DNA from: Octopus vulgaris
Lineage: Eukaryota
Reading direction: 5' to 3'
DNA length: 64,000 nt
Assembly: GCA_951406725.2 (NCBI GenBank)
Contig: OX597820.1
Coordinates: 69,750,001-69,814,000 of the forward strand
Shown here: one piece after another, positions 12,505 to 27,333 of the stretch
How the letters are laid out: the number at the start of each line of letters is the position of its first letter
Numbering within the stretch: the first letter of the stretch is position 1
Made by a program: the position numbers and the translations under genes
The notes under the pieces: model-generated
Told to the model about the DNA's origin: nothing
What the model saw: only the letters and a program-made list of their open reading frames with translations
Database searches by the model: none

Positions 12505-15500
12505 ATATACGTTAAATGAAGTAATGTGTTTTTGAAGAACTCTGCGGTTAATTATGAGTGCCTCTAATTCAGAGAGAAACATAGATGGTTAATGAGAATT
12601 TTAGAGAGAGTTTTAAGTTTATGAGTGTAAATTATGAATGTATATTCATTGTGTGTGTACGAATTGTTTGTTTTTATGTTTATTAGCCTCTGTGTGAGTG
12701 TAGGTATGTGTGCATGTGTGTGTTTGTGTCTAGGTGTTCATTTATTTATTTAAGTGTATTTGGATCTTATTTCACTTTGCTTTTAACCAACAAACCTCCG
12801 GTGACGTTGTGTTGCAGAATTCGAGTTAATAATATATGCATATATATATACATACAACTGTATATATGAATATAAATGCACAAACACACACAAACAGACG
12901 CGCGCACGTATACACACATACACATACACGCACACATACACGCACACACATACACGCACACACATGCACGCACGCACTCAATACACACACACACATTCGC
13001 ATATATAATCTTTGATTGAGAATTAGCAGCGAGACTGTAGATTTATCTGTCAATCACACCTTATTTTAGAAGTTTTGCTCAGGGGAAATTGCCACAAGCC
13101 TTCTTCTATTCCAGCAGCCTTAAGGGCTTGTTTATTCCAAAGAAATTGACAAAATACTAATTAGTCAAGTAGAAGCACGCCTAAACGATAATCAATTGTT
13201 TTAAGCTACGACACGTATGTATGTGTGCATTTATTTTTCTATGCGGTAGACAGACAGACAGACAAAAAGAAGACGAGGAGAATGAGGTGGATGCACAGGA
13301 GGTTATCAATTATTTAGGGTGTGTTTGTGTTTACTTTTTAATTCTTTATTTATTTATTTATTTATTTATTGCTTATTTAGGAATGTATTTTCGCATTTTT
13401 CTTTGTCATATTTTAGTTTTTTGAAATGTCTGTTTATTATAAATTTGTATCTAAAGTATAGAATAGAATAAAATTAGAAGTATTAATTTTCGAGTATCGT
13501 TTAACCCCTCTCCTCCATCTCTATTATCCAAGAAAGAAGCAGCTACCGTATCAACACTCCTTATTTAACAATATTATTGAAAATTTTGATATTAATCTAA
13601 ATGTTTTCTGCAAATGGCTTCTGTGGTACATGACTCAGTTTTATTTTAGCCTAGATTTCCACTCAATAAACAAAATGAATTGTTTTAAATTTCTAAACAT
13701 ATCTAGGAAAACGACAATGTATTCTTCTCATGCCCTCCTTTAGAAACATTTTAAAAAGCTAAATAAAATAAGAATCATAAATTTGAATTTAAAATAAACA
13801 GAATGTGTCTTAATATCCAATGGGAACACTTTTTGAAATTTCTCTTCTTTATTTTTTCCTATGTATATTTTCCATGTTTCTCTTTAAAAAGTAATTTAAT
13901 AACTAAATTACTAATTTGTTCCTTTTCTATCAATAGGTGTAAACCTACTATCATTTAGCTTGAATCCTCTTAAGACTTCTCCCCACTCCTGTAAATAAAT
14001 TTAATGATAGGAAGAACAGTTGCACTGCCCCAATTACACTCACTGGCTTCTATTACATCGCTACACCGATCAATTGCGCTCTTGTGCATTCTTTTATTTT
14101 AGAAGCGTTAATTAAGTGAGAAGCGGTACTTAAATTTTTATGCGTCATAAATATTAATTAACTGGTAGAGCCATCATAGCAAGCTGTTTGCATCTTCAGT
14201 TCAAATAGCTGACGTCGTTTTAGAAAGAGACGTGAAAGGATGTCAGACGACAGCCATTTTGCTATTTTGCCCACTCTTTTTTTTTTCCTTCTCTTTCTAG
14301 TCAGTTTCCTTGCATTAGCAAAATATTTGTAATGATGTTTTCAACTGAATTAAGTTTCTCAGGCGACTATTCAATAACTTTATCGCCATTACATATATAA
14401 TTTTTAATCTTAGCACTTTGACATTTTCAATAACAAATTCTAACGATCTATTATTATATGTGTTCGTTACTTAAAATATTTCCAAATTTATTATGAGATA
14501 TTTCCAAGTAATTTTCTTCTCTGTATCTTCCATTATACATTTAAATGCATTTCTTATGGATTTTATAGAATCAAATTCCAGACATAATTCTTTTGGATTT
14601 TACTGATTTAAAAATTGCTCCCCCAAAGTTGTCATTCATTCGACTCCTCTCGCAAGCAAATATTTATATAATAGCTTTAATATATTGCATCAAGCCAACA
14701 TTGGTCTAAAATATGAAATAATTGTTTAGCTTTAACCAGATACAAAAGTTCTGTATTTTATGACTGCGAAAATGATTATTGTAACATTCATGCATTTTAT
14801 AAAAACATTACTGATATAAATTATGGGGGTACGACTACAACCTTTTAGCAAAACACAGCTTTGCAGTGGAATTTCGCTGCAAGATTTCTACTTAGAAACT
14901 GAAAGCAGTACGCATTTAATTTCTCTCTTTATTAAATGATATTTATCTCTTGCTGGATGGTGTACTTTCTTATTCACTCCACTAATAACGGAAGACCAAT
15001 AACGGAACATGATATAGTCCTGATGGCTTTTTCCGAAATTAAGAGCTCTGTCATGCTTTTGTTGTTGTAACCCAAGGACTATCGTTATCAAATATACAGT
15101 CCTAGCCATGACCATACATGTTTCTAAAAGTATATTGCGAACTACATTATCTATAGCGTCCTTTCTATATATCAGACAGTAGAATGTGATTTAAGGTTGA
15201 GTTGACTGCTATATACCAGGTCGAAGTAATAAATATATATATATATATATATATATGTTCCTTTGTTGGTTCACGACTCCACCATTGCTTACAGAGACAA
15301 TTATTGCATTGTCATCTTAAAAACAGCTCTTGGTAATAATTTTCTTACTTTAATAACGCAGACAATTTTATTTCCTTATTACTTTTTTAAATTCCCCTTA
15401 ATGTTCCGGTTGTATTGGTAAACGATGTTTATCTGAAGAGGGGTATTTGCAACTAACTTATATTTTTAGATTATATTCATTTTATTAGGTTACTTTTAGA

Positions 15501-15839
15501 GGAAATATCTCTTACATTCATAGAATCAAATTGTTTTTATGTTATTTTTTAGGGTGGGGGGTGGATTGTACTTACATGTAGAATGCGAAGTCGTTTCCAT
15601 GCGATTCAATTCGTAATCACAGCTTCAATTTGAGCAAGTTTCTCCTGAAATCACTAGTCGATCAATGTATTGTGAGCGAAATTTGGTAAAAATATATTCT
15701 CCGGTTCCCTCTCCATCCTTATATAAAAAGACATATTAAATATCCAAATCTTTAATTTAATTCTCTCTTTAGAATTAAGTGGAATTTATTCATATTTGAA
15801 TGTGGATTTTTACCAGAAGTATTTTTGATCTATCTATTA

Positions 15840-15890
15840 CTTACGAACAAACTTTCTTCTCTCGTTGTTCCAACATCTTCAGCGTTTAAG
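15840..15890 (-). ncRNA. decayed type I hammerhead-like motif
   Basis: Minus: ACG CUGAAGA UGUUG GAA CAAC..GAAA GUUUGUU CGU; stem I ACG/CGU, stems II and III imperfect. Confidence 0.3.
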
Positions 15891-16146
15891 CGTCAGTGGT
15901 AAATTATTTAAGAGCCGTTTTCAAGGGTAATCCTGGTCTGTTGCCGTACGTCGGGAACTTGTCCTCAAATGGGAGAGAGAAAAAACCCCTCATAAAACAG
16001 GAATCAAGATGAAGCATTTGGGATTAATATAGGATATATTTGACCTCTGACATTATACGTTTTCTGATCCTAACTTGCTGCTTTGGGCATTATATCTCTC
16101 AGTTATCGTTAATTTGTCAAATTCACTTTAACATCGAATCTATCTT

Positions 16147-16308
<162 letters not shown>

Positions 16309-16899
16309 AATCTCCTTCGCTCTCTTTCTCCCTACACGCACACGTACATATATATGTGTATATGTCTGCTGGTGATTGTGTGTTTGTGTGTGTGTATTCA
16401 CTATTATTTTAGACTACCTTTTAACTCTCAACATTTTATGCTCCTTGTTTTATCTCGTATCCATTTCCTTGCTATATTTCACGTAGCGTCTTTCATCTTA
16501 TATTTATCCGGCGTTTCTTAAACCCTTTATGACCTCCGCAGGTCAACAGTCACATCTTTAGTCTCTTTTCTTTCCTCCTGCGAGTGTGAGAAATTCATTT
16601 GCCTAAGGCTTTGATATAAAACCCACATTAATAAATCTAAGCGCATCTACATACACTGCATCGCATGCATGTACAAATACATACGCAGACTCACAATCGC
16701 ACACGCGTACGAACGCAAAAGCATGGTATAATGGTGCTTCGCGATTGTTGGTCTGCTGGTAAAAATCTCCAAGCTGAACACCTACCACATTTGATCTGAA
16801 CGTAGAGTGGCCATGTTAAATGCTTGAATTAACCCATTACTCTTACTCGCAACCCATCATCTCTCCTAACTCTATATACATCTATACACCAACACACAC

Positions 16900-16987
16900 A
16901 CGTGTGTATGTACAAATATGTATATATATATACATATATATGTTTGCGCATATATTTACATATATATATATATACACACACACTCAC

Positions 16988-17020
<33 letters not shown>

Positions 17021-17398
17021 TGTATGTATGTATGTATGTATTTATATATGTAATTGTTACTTGTTTGTCCTTTTTTATGCCATTCTACCAAGTATATTCT
17101 ATTATTACCTATCTGTCTCAAATTGACGCCTCCCATTCTGCACTCATCCTCACGCACGTACAGGCTTATGTGTGGAACTAGGCATATACTGAGACAGAGA
17201 AATTTGTACACGTACGCTCGGCGTATCACACTCGTAAACACACACTATTTACGTATATGTACGCTGAAACAAAAAGCATATTAATATACACGCTTGTAGA
17301 AACTCACATAAGCATATCTACATACATACATTCATACATACATACATACATACATACATACATACATACATACATACATACATACATACATACATACA

Positions 17399-17434
<36 letters not shown>

Positions 17435-17499
17435 TACACAGAAAGATGAGAGAGAGGGATACATACATAAATACATATATTCATACATATGTAGGTGAG

Positions 17500-17532
<33 letters not shown>

Positions 17533-17872
17533 TCATATACATACATATGTATATACATATATATATATATATATATATACGCATCTATTTATCTAGGTAT
17601 GTTTTTCTGTGTGTGTATATATACATATATTGTATATATATATATGTGTGTGTGTATATTTATACGTATGGATATATATATATAGTTGCACATATACACA
17701 CACACACAAACACACACACACACACACACACGTTCGTGCACGCTCGTACAAGATTTAATACATCTGCAGACTGACACCAACACTCGCGAAGGATAGTAAC
17801 TACAACATACACATACAAACGGACATGCTTGTATACATACATATATGCATGTGTGTGTGTGTATATATACAT

Positions 17873-17935
<63 letters not shown>

Positions 17936-17940
17936 GATAT

Positions 17941-17999
<59 letters not shown>

Positions 18000-18236
18000 T
18001 ACATGTATATATACGCATATATACGCATTTATAGATACATGTGTACGTACAGAGACACACACATTGTCACATATAACACGCGCGAACGAACGCGCGCGCA
18101 CACACATACACGCCCACAAACTTACATGCACACGCTAGCACATTTACAGATTAGTCGTACTCTTCACCAGAATCACTATCAAAGGAATCGGTCGCTTGGA
18201 AAATATTCTCTCTTACCATATTTACTTTCCATGTTT

Positions 18237-18281
<45 letters not shown>

Positions 18282-19491
18282 ACAATAACAAACAGAAAAA
18301 CAACAAAAGCACCGTCTCCCTCCTTCTCTTTCTCCTACTCTCCCTCCCTGTTTCTCTCTTTCTCTTTTTCTCTCCCTCTGTCTGTCTCTCTTTCTCTCTC
18401 TTCTTAAAGCTTGAATAATGCAATACAAAGTTGCAGATTGAAAAGCGTGTTTGTTTTTTTTTGTGTTTATTTTAGATTAGTTGTTTATTTCTATTTTTTT
18501 TTTCCTAGTGCCAGCACAAAACGGTGGTTAGGGCAGGCGCGGATAACACCTGCATACACGGCAACCCGTTTAAGTTACTCTCCTAACTAGCCTTCCTTCC
18601 TTCCTTCCTTTCGTTCTTTCGTTCTTTCTTTCTTTTTTCCGTTCCCTATTTCTTCCATTTTTTCTTGGTGTTATTATTATTTTTGTTGTTGTTGTGGATG
18701 GTGGTGGTGGAAGTGGTGCTTTTTTTGTCGTTGTTGTTTTTTCTTTCGTCAAACCTAAATTCCTTCTGCAGCCTGGCCCACTCTCTCTCTCTCTCTCTCT
18801 CACTCACTTTCTCCCTCTCTCGCTCTCTCTTTCTCTCCTTTTCTCTCTCTCTCTCACATCCTCTCTTTCTTACCCTGCACCACCACCATCACCACCACCA
18901 TATATATTTCATTGTACGATAATAGAACCCAACATGGCTCGGGGAGTTCCCTACGAGAAAGGAAACCACACGTATACATACAAACATACACACACACGTA
19001 CACACATACATACATACATACATTCATTCATACATACATACATACATACATACAAACATACATACATACATACACGCTTACACGTGCAAACATGCACACA
19101 ACAACACCATACACGGACACAAACAGAATCAGAATTACATATCGTTTGATGCACACGTAATTACACACACCATGCAAACGCCCACATACACATATACGCA
19201 TACGGGAACCACACAGCCATGCGCACGCACACACACACACACATACATACATACACACACACCCTAAAACACACTTGTATAAACATATGTACAACCGATG
19301 TACAAATTCGCATACATTCGATTACATATATAGACCCCCTTGACATATATGTGTATGTATGTGTGTGTGCAAGTGTGTGTGAGTGCATATGTGTGTGTGT
19401 GTGTGAGGCTGAGTGCCAAGCTTACACCCATACAAGCAGACACGCACAAATACACACAGGTACATATGCGTGTGTGTATGACTATATTTAT

Positions 19492-19562
<71 letters not shown>

Positions 19563-19740
19563 TAGATATACATACATACTTACATTTATATTTTTACATA
19601 TACGCAAACATATAGATATGTATGTGTGTGTGTACAAGCATAATCATTCATTCGTACATGTACATACACATAAATATACCACACATACATACATACATAC
19701 ATACATACATACATACATACATACATACATACATACGTGC
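16900..19740. repeat. microsatellite-dense block (TATG, TACA, TA, CA, CT)
   Basis: Multiple long simple repeats separated by short unique islands. Confidence 0.9.
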
Positions 19741-22728
19741 ATGCATAATGATGTTTCATTTCTTATGATGTGGTTGAACCGAAGCCCGACTGATGTGATC
19801 CCGTTCAATATGTACGACTTGTTACGTTTTTTCTCTCTGATTCGTACAGAAAGTGGATACCAACGCGACATAATGACAGACTAGGAAGCTTAAAAGACGA
19901 GGAAAGTGAAAGAAGGGATGAAAAAAAAAAAACGTTTTCCTCCAACGGTTCTTAATTATCCACTATATTCTATTCACAGCTTTTACAATTTCTTAAGTTT
20001 AAACACACGTATGAGAAAGAAGCTTTAATTACCGAATTCACAGTGTTTCAAAGTCTTGTTAATAACAGAGCGAACGATTCTGTAATAACATTTGATAATA
20101 GTAATGAGGAACACCTGCCCATAGAGCCGTGCTAGTTAATGGTAGCTTTTGAAAAGGCACTTTAATGGAACCAGCAATGTATTCTAATAGCTGGCATAAC
20201 GCACCAACACCGAGAACCCGTGGTAAAGTTTATAGACGTCTATTTTACATAAGTTTTTAGGCATTATTTTTCCGCCAAACCCGCTGGTTGTTGTTGTTGA
20301 TATTATTATTATTATTATTATCATTATTATTATTATTATCATTATTATTATTATTATTATTATTATATTGTCGAGATATTTTACGCAGCAAACAATACTA
20401 TTTATTTTGTTTTGAAATTTGCTTAGTTTCTTTTTTAATGAAGAAATAGATCGTACTATTTGTTTGTTCAGTTCTATTTATAATTTTGTTTTTGTTATTG
20501 TAAATTGTTATTTGAGGTCTAAAAGTGTTTTTTTTTTAATCTTTAAATAATACAAAAGGCGTTAAATATACCTGCTATTGCCGTTCACCTTTTATATCAG
20601 GTCTCCTACTTTGAAAATAACCAACATTACGGTAACGTCTCTTTTGTTCAAAACTCCGTTTTAAATCGTTCTTATTTGATATGGTTTGTCAAATATTTTA
20701 CCACAAGATGAATTATAATTTATAATAAAATATTATGACGTGGTTTTATTTTATTAGATTTAACAGAAATATATTTGAACCTATTTAACATGAACACTAA
20801 AATATTGTTTTCATAGCAAATAGTCGATATTTTATTTGTAATATCGAGGGAAATCTTTATTTAAATTTCAGCTGATAACAAGTATTCAATGAATATAACT
20901 TTACAACGAGTGTATAAAAAAATATGAATTAGATTTTATTTTTGTTTCCGATATTACATTTAGGTGACATCTCCATTGTGTAATTGTTTCGTTCATTTCA
21001 TTAGCTATTTATAACCTAAGAACGCATTTTCTTATAGCTAAAATTACTGTAACTCCGTGGAATTGTATAGAAAGCTGATTTTAACTGACAAGTCTAGATA
21101 TATATCGCGTTAGATTTGATGATATTGATTGTTAAACGTCTTTATTCGAATTAGACATTTTTGGAATACTTTTAGAAAATTGAAAAGCAAATTTAGCTTC
21201 CACTAATATATTCGTACTGATTAAAAAAAGTAGAATGCGAATGGGAGCTTTCTCTGACAAAAAAACAAAACAAAAACAAAATTAAAAAAAGACTAATGCG
21301 ACTGCAATAAAATAGAAGAGGTGTTTCGTGAAACAAGACAAATAAACACTATGGAATGATAACTTAATACGAGGTGTAAACGGTTTCTTTTGACTAGACC
21401 TAACGCTTTAACGGTTTAAAAGAGAAATAAATTAAGTTGTAAATTATGTGTCTCTCAATGATATAACTAACAGAATAATTGAAATATAGTTTCCACTCAC
21501 AAACCGTTTTTATAGCCACTGCTCAATGGTGACTAACTGTCCGCAACTTACTGCTAATTCATTTACACTAAAATGCTTGCAGAAATGTTGGAATTTCAGA
21601 AATAGTTTTTAATGTATAATAAAAAAAAAACTTGAAGTTAAAATGTTTATGTGACTCCAAATTCGGACTCTTCAGCGACTCATAAATTAGGCGGATATCT
21701 TCTGTCATAACCTGCAGTTGACCCAATAATTATGAATGAGATTAACTTTGCAAAATCTGCGCGGGGCCCCGTTGGATAGCACGTAAATTCTTTTGGCTAT
21801 TCGACTTAATTTGTTGTCTAATATAAGACTTCATCTAACCCTTATATGTCGTTAGCGAGGTATGCTCTGTAGGAAAGCATCTGGACAATTTCTTTCTTCT
21901 GAAAATAACTTAATATATCTTGAAGCGCTCTTTTTACTGCAACAAAATACGAGGCATTGTTCCTTTCACGCTTTTCACAATCCAACCATTCAGAGCTTCA
22001 TGGATGCTATCAATCCTTATATGATTAAGGAGAAAGGTGAAAAAAAAAATATTCGAGTTTCACTTTACTGAAGAAAATCTAATACATCATTTCTGTGACT
22101 ATTTTCCATTATTAACCGAAGATAATACACTATTACTTAGAAGTGTGAGATATGATACCATAGCCCTTTGTTATGTCAGAGGCTCTGAGACTGGTGCTAA
22201 GAAGGAAGCAGGATATCCTCAAAGCACAAGCATAGTTCAAATGCGTGCAATTGAGTTAAATCCGTTAAACAACGCAAGAAACTGGCGGCGGTGTTAACTC
22301 GGGTGATGGATAATGCTTTATATTCATGAGCCTAGAACAAATGTGCCGGACGAAATACTGCATTGGTATCTTATCTGACATTCTAAGAATTCGGTAAAAA
22401 CCGTCGGCGAAAAGCAAGAAAGGCAAAGATTCGAAAAAAAAAATCACAATGTTTTGTGCTCTACACTAACGACATTTCTAATTCACATCCTAAAATTGTC
22501 TCAAAACCTCCTCATAGTATAAAGCCTAACATTTTAAAGACTAATGAAGCTCTAATTATCATTTAAGATATATCCAACGCCAAAAGTCGAATAGAATGAA
22601 GTCCAGCGGAATAGGATACTGATATGCATTTCCATGTGTTAAACAGAGCCATTTGAAAAAAGTTGCCATTATCGTAAGATGCTATTTCCACATTCTTAAA
22701 AACACGACATTTTGAATCTTGTTTTTAA

Positions 22729-22988
22729 GGGAAGAAAAGAAATTTAATTAGCAAGGATCTCAAATTTGTGGGGACGGTTGTCAGTTGATTAGCTTCAAGA
22801 CATTACAGCCCAGGAAGGCGGCGAGCTGGCAGAACTGTTACCACGCCGGGCGAAATGCGTAACCTTATTTCGTCTGCCGTTACGTTCTGAGTTCAAATTC
22901 CGCCGAGGTAGACTTTGCCTTTAATCCTTTCGGGGGCCGATAAATTAAGTACCAGTTACGCACTGGGGTCGATGTAATCGGCTTAATC
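22729..22988 (+). repeat. inverted templated copy of 24866-25124 (flank plus SINE B 5' part)
   Basis: Near-identical reverse complement including about 85 bp of flank; bracketed by a 19/21 direct repeat at 22705-22725 and 22988-23008. Confidence 0.9.
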
Positions 22989-23885
22989 GACATTTTGAAA
23001 CGTGTTTTCCCGAAGATAACTACCGTTGTTTAGTCTCCGGTCAACGAAACAGTTTAACCTTCGTTCAGCTAAATAATTTTGATTGAGTCAGTATTCCTAT
23101 GATAAAATATCATTTCAACTATAAACATGCCATTTTGCTTCTATACATAATGTAAACAGAGATAATCATATAATAGTAGCATATAAATTGAAGGCGATTT
23201 TGACTGCTATTTGTAGCCTTGTTAATTGCGTCTTCTCAGATCGAATAGCACGCTTAGACGAAATTTTTGGTCACCGATAAACAGTGAATAAACATGCAGT
23301 GCTATAGCAAATAGCCGCTCGACTAAATAAAAAGCTGTTATATTCAACAATAGCGGCATTTAAGTAAAATAGTTATATATGTGTATCGTACCTGATGTAA
23401 ACATATCTTAACGCAAATTTACTGCGGATATATAGACGGGTATTTTAATCTAATGCTTATTCTGATGCATAAAACAAGAAAGTATTGTTGAAAACAATGC
23501 TTTTGAAGTGTTCTTGAAAAAATGACAAGTTAAAGACTCGGGTTTGAACGCAAGGTAAAGAGAGGTCAGATGCTGTTGTAATCTACAACAAATCCAGAAC
23601 AAATATTTACTTTCATATCTACGTATTGCTTTCACTTGGGATTCGGATAATTAAATAGGTATAACATTCAATTTTGCTAAAATCTTCTGTATTTGTATTG
23701 TTGACTGCTTAAAAAAAAAATGAAATATAAGACAAAAACCAATCACCATCAAATATAAATGATTTTTAAAAGTTATGGTTTTGAATATAGACTTCAGATG
23801 CATTGTACTTTCGATAGGAATGAATATCTCTGGTTTCATTTACTCATGCATAGAATCAGGACTATGTAAAGAATCATCATAAATC

Positions 23886-24300
23886 TTACTCCTTTACTCT
23901 TTCACTTGTTTCAGTCATTTGGCTGCGGCCATGCTGGAGCACCGCATTTAGTCGAGCAAATCGACCCCAGGGCTTATTCTTTGTAAGCCTAGTACTTATT
24001 CTATCGGTTTATTTTGCCGAACCGCTAAGTTACGGTGACGTAAACACACCAGCATCGGTTGTCAAGCGATGTTGGGGTGGACAAACACACAAACACATTC
24101 ACACACATACATATATATATATATATACATATATACGACGGGCTTCTTTCAGTTTCCGTCTACCAAATCCACTCACAAGACTTTGGTCACTCCGAAGCTA
24201 TAGTAGAATGCAATTGCCCAAGGTGCCACGCAGTGGGACTGAACCCGGAACCATGTGGCTGGTAAGCAAGCTACTTACCATACAGCCACTCCTGCGCCTA
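23886..24300 (-). mobile_element. SINE family A, full-length
   Basis: Same modules as 7803-8222. Confidence 0.92.
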
Positions 24301-24622
24301 TCTAAGATAGATTCTAAAAGCTAACTCTGTCAGTTTGTCGAAGACGTGTGTTTCAGTGGTTAAATATTCTCTCGGCTCATGATTTTAAGGTCATGTATTC
24401 AGTTTCTAAACTGGACGACACATTTCATATAATACCGCGAGTTAGTTCTTTTCGCATTGTACTAGTATCAGCCGAGTATTGGTGCTACCGGCAGTGCATT
24501 AGATTATCAAATCTGTTAGAGCATCGTAAAAATACCTTGTACTATTCCTTCTAGACCTTACGTTCTATGTTCTAATCATGCCAACGTCACAATTGCTCTT
24601 TAAACTTCCGGGGCCGTAATAT

Positions 24623-25040
24623 CTGTTTCTTTATTACCCACAAGGGGCTAAACACACAGGGGACAAACAAGGACAGACAAAGGGATTAAGTCGACTATAT
24701 CGACTCCAGTGCGTAACTGGTACTTATTTAATCGACCCCGAAAGGATGAAAGGCAAAGTCGACCTCGGTGGAATTTGAACTCATAACGTAAAGGCAGACG
24801 AAATACCTATTTCTTTACTACCCACAATGGGCTAAACATAGAGTACAAACAAGGACAGACAAACGGATTAAGCCGATTACATCGACCCCAGTGCGTAACT
24901 GATACTTAATTTATCGGCCCCCGAAAGGATGAAAGGCAAAGTCTACCTCGGCGGAATTTGAACTCAGAACGTAACGGCAGACGAAATATGGTTACGCATT
25001 TCGCCCGGCGTGCTAACAGTTCTGCCAGCTCGCCGCCTTC
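24623..25040 (-). mobile_element. SINE family B dimer inserted in an older SINE
   Basis: Two roughly 175-bp units behind one head; TSD-like CTTCCGGGGCCGTAATATC (about 24605-24623) and CTTCCGGGCTGTAATATC (about 25037-25054). Confidence 0.88.
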
Positions 25041-25133
25041 CGGGCTGTAATATCTTGAAGCTAATCAACTGACAACCGTCCCCACAAATTTGAGATCCTT
25101 GCTAATTAAATTTCTTTTCTTCCCTACAACATT

Positions 25134-25540
25134 TATACTCTTTACACTTTTACTCTTTTACTTGTTTCAGTCATTTGACTGCGGCCATGCTGGAGCACCG
25201 CCTTTAGTCGAGCAAATCGACCCCGGGGCTTATTCTTTGTAAGCCCAGTACTTATTCTATCGGTCTCTTTTGCCGAACCGCTAAGTGACGGGGACGTAAA
25301 CACACCAGCATCGGTTGTCAAGCAATGCTAGGGAGACAAACACAAACTCCCAAACACATATATATATACATATATACGACAGTCTTCTTTCAGTTTCCGT
25401 CTACCAAATCCACTCACAAGGCATTGGTCTGCCCGGGGCTATAGCAGAAGACACTTGCCCAAGATGCCACGCAGTGGGACTGACCCCGGAACCATGTGGT
25501 TGGTTAGCAAGCTACTTACCACACAGCCACTCCTGCGCCT
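25134..25540 (-). mobile_element. SINE family A, full-length
   Basis: Same modules as 7803-8222. Confidence 0.92.
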
Positions 25541-26062
25541 CTGTAAACTAATTTTCTGAGAATATGATTTATTGAGTCAATATATGAATGAATACCCTAG
25601 AAAGAAAGAGATCAGCTACTCAGTTATAATCATCATGAATTCTTTACTTTTATGCCCAAACCATTTACATATACGCAACCCATACACAGAACACTTGTAG
25701 TTCAATCCTAGCAATTATAAATACTATCAAAGGGTAAGGTGTAATTTTCAAAAAGAAAGGGAAATGTGAAGTCCATGAATGCTTTGTTCAATAGCAATAT
25801 TGAATACAATTTATCTGAAAGACCGGGAGAAGACAGGGGCTCATTGTAATCATGAATATTTATATGAAGATATGACTTCATTATAGATATTATAAACCTG
25901 CTCATGTAGAACCTACGGTGATTAAGATACGGTCCATAATGAATAACAATTTACTAGTTCTAAAAGTAATCATTCTATAATTTCAACTCTTGAAACACTT
26001 TACACAGTAAACGGTCCTGATTCAATCGCCACCAAAATACCGATATGTAAATAACTATAGTG

Positions 26063-26210
26063 AAGACATGTGGCCTAGCCGTTATGAATGTTCATTTCAT
26101 GATCTAAGATTGTAGGTTCGATTACAGGCCCGGGCGTCACAATATGTTTTTATGTAAGTCATTTCATTTCAAGTTCTTCCTGTCTACTCAGCTTTAAATG
26201 AGTACAAAAC
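26063..26210 (+). mobile_element. old SINE family D
   Basis: TGGCCTAG A-box-like, GGTTCGATTAC B-box-like, ends CTACTCAGCTTTAAATGAGTAC. Confidence 0.55.
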
Positions 26211-26715
26211 AGGGTACTAGTGCTCCCTCTTTCCCTCTCCTCTTTCTTTCTTTTTACATCTCTCTCTTTATCTCTTCCCCCTCCCCTCCTTTCACTATCT
26301 CCTCTTTTCCTCCTTCTCTCTCAAGATCTAACGTCCTGGTTATTCTGCTGAGAGAAGGGTGAAGCGCTTGAGGGTTGTCTGTGTATATGTAAGCACCTAA
26401 AACAAATAGCGAAATGGTGGCAAATATTACCAAGTCAACCATGCTAGAGAACGATGGCTGTTATATATAAATCGTTGGCTCTTGAGGCAAAAACGGATAT
26501 CCCTGAACAGAAAAAAGCAATTTCAAATAAACATGAAAAGAAAACGGTTTTAAGGTTATGTAAAAAAAAAAAAGGAGCATTGTCATACTTACGTGTTCTT
26601 TTCCCTCAGCTTAACATTCGATTAAACATATTTATGATCAAAATATTTCATTCCTGATAATCCAGTGTTTTCGGATATCAGGTATTAGGTTTACAATATA
26701 CCTTTTTCATTTGTA

Positions 26716-27333
26716 TGGCGGCGAGCTGGCAGATACGTTAGCATGCCGGGCGAAATTCTTTGGGTATTTCGTCTGTCTTTATGTTCTGAGTTCAAATTCC
26801 GCCGAGGTCGACTTTGCCTTTCATCCTTTCGGGGTCGATTAAATAAGTACCAGTTACGTACTGGGGTCGATATAATCGACTTAATCCGTTTGTCTGTTCT
26901 TGTTTGTCCTTTTGTGTTTAGCCCCTTGTGGGTAGTAAAGAAATAGGTATTTCGTCAGCCGCTACGTTCTGAGTTCAAATTCTGCTGAGGTCGACTTTGC
27001 CTTTAATCCTTGCGGGGTCGATAAATTAAGTACCAGTTGCGCACTGGGGGTCAATTTAATCGGCGTAATCCGTTTGTCTGTCCTTGTTTGTCCCCTCTAT
27101 GTTTAGCCCCTTGTGGGCAATAAAGAAATAAGAAATGCTAGCATGCCGGGCGAAATGCTTAGGAATATTTCATCTGTCATTACGTTCTGAGTTCAAATTC
27201 CGCCGAGGTCGACTTTGCCTTTCATCCTTTCGTGGTTGATAAATTAAGTACTGGTTTCATAGTGGGATAGATCTAATCGAGTGCCCCCCACCTCCCCAAA
27301 AATTTCGGGCCTTGTGTCTAGAGTAGAAAAGAA
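26716..27333 (+). mobile_element. SINE family B trimer
   Basis: GGCGGCGAGCTGGCAG head, three GTTCTGAGTTCAAATTC..GGTCGACTTTGCC units, terminal ...CCTTGTGTCTAGAGTAGAAAAGAAT. Confidence 0.9.
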
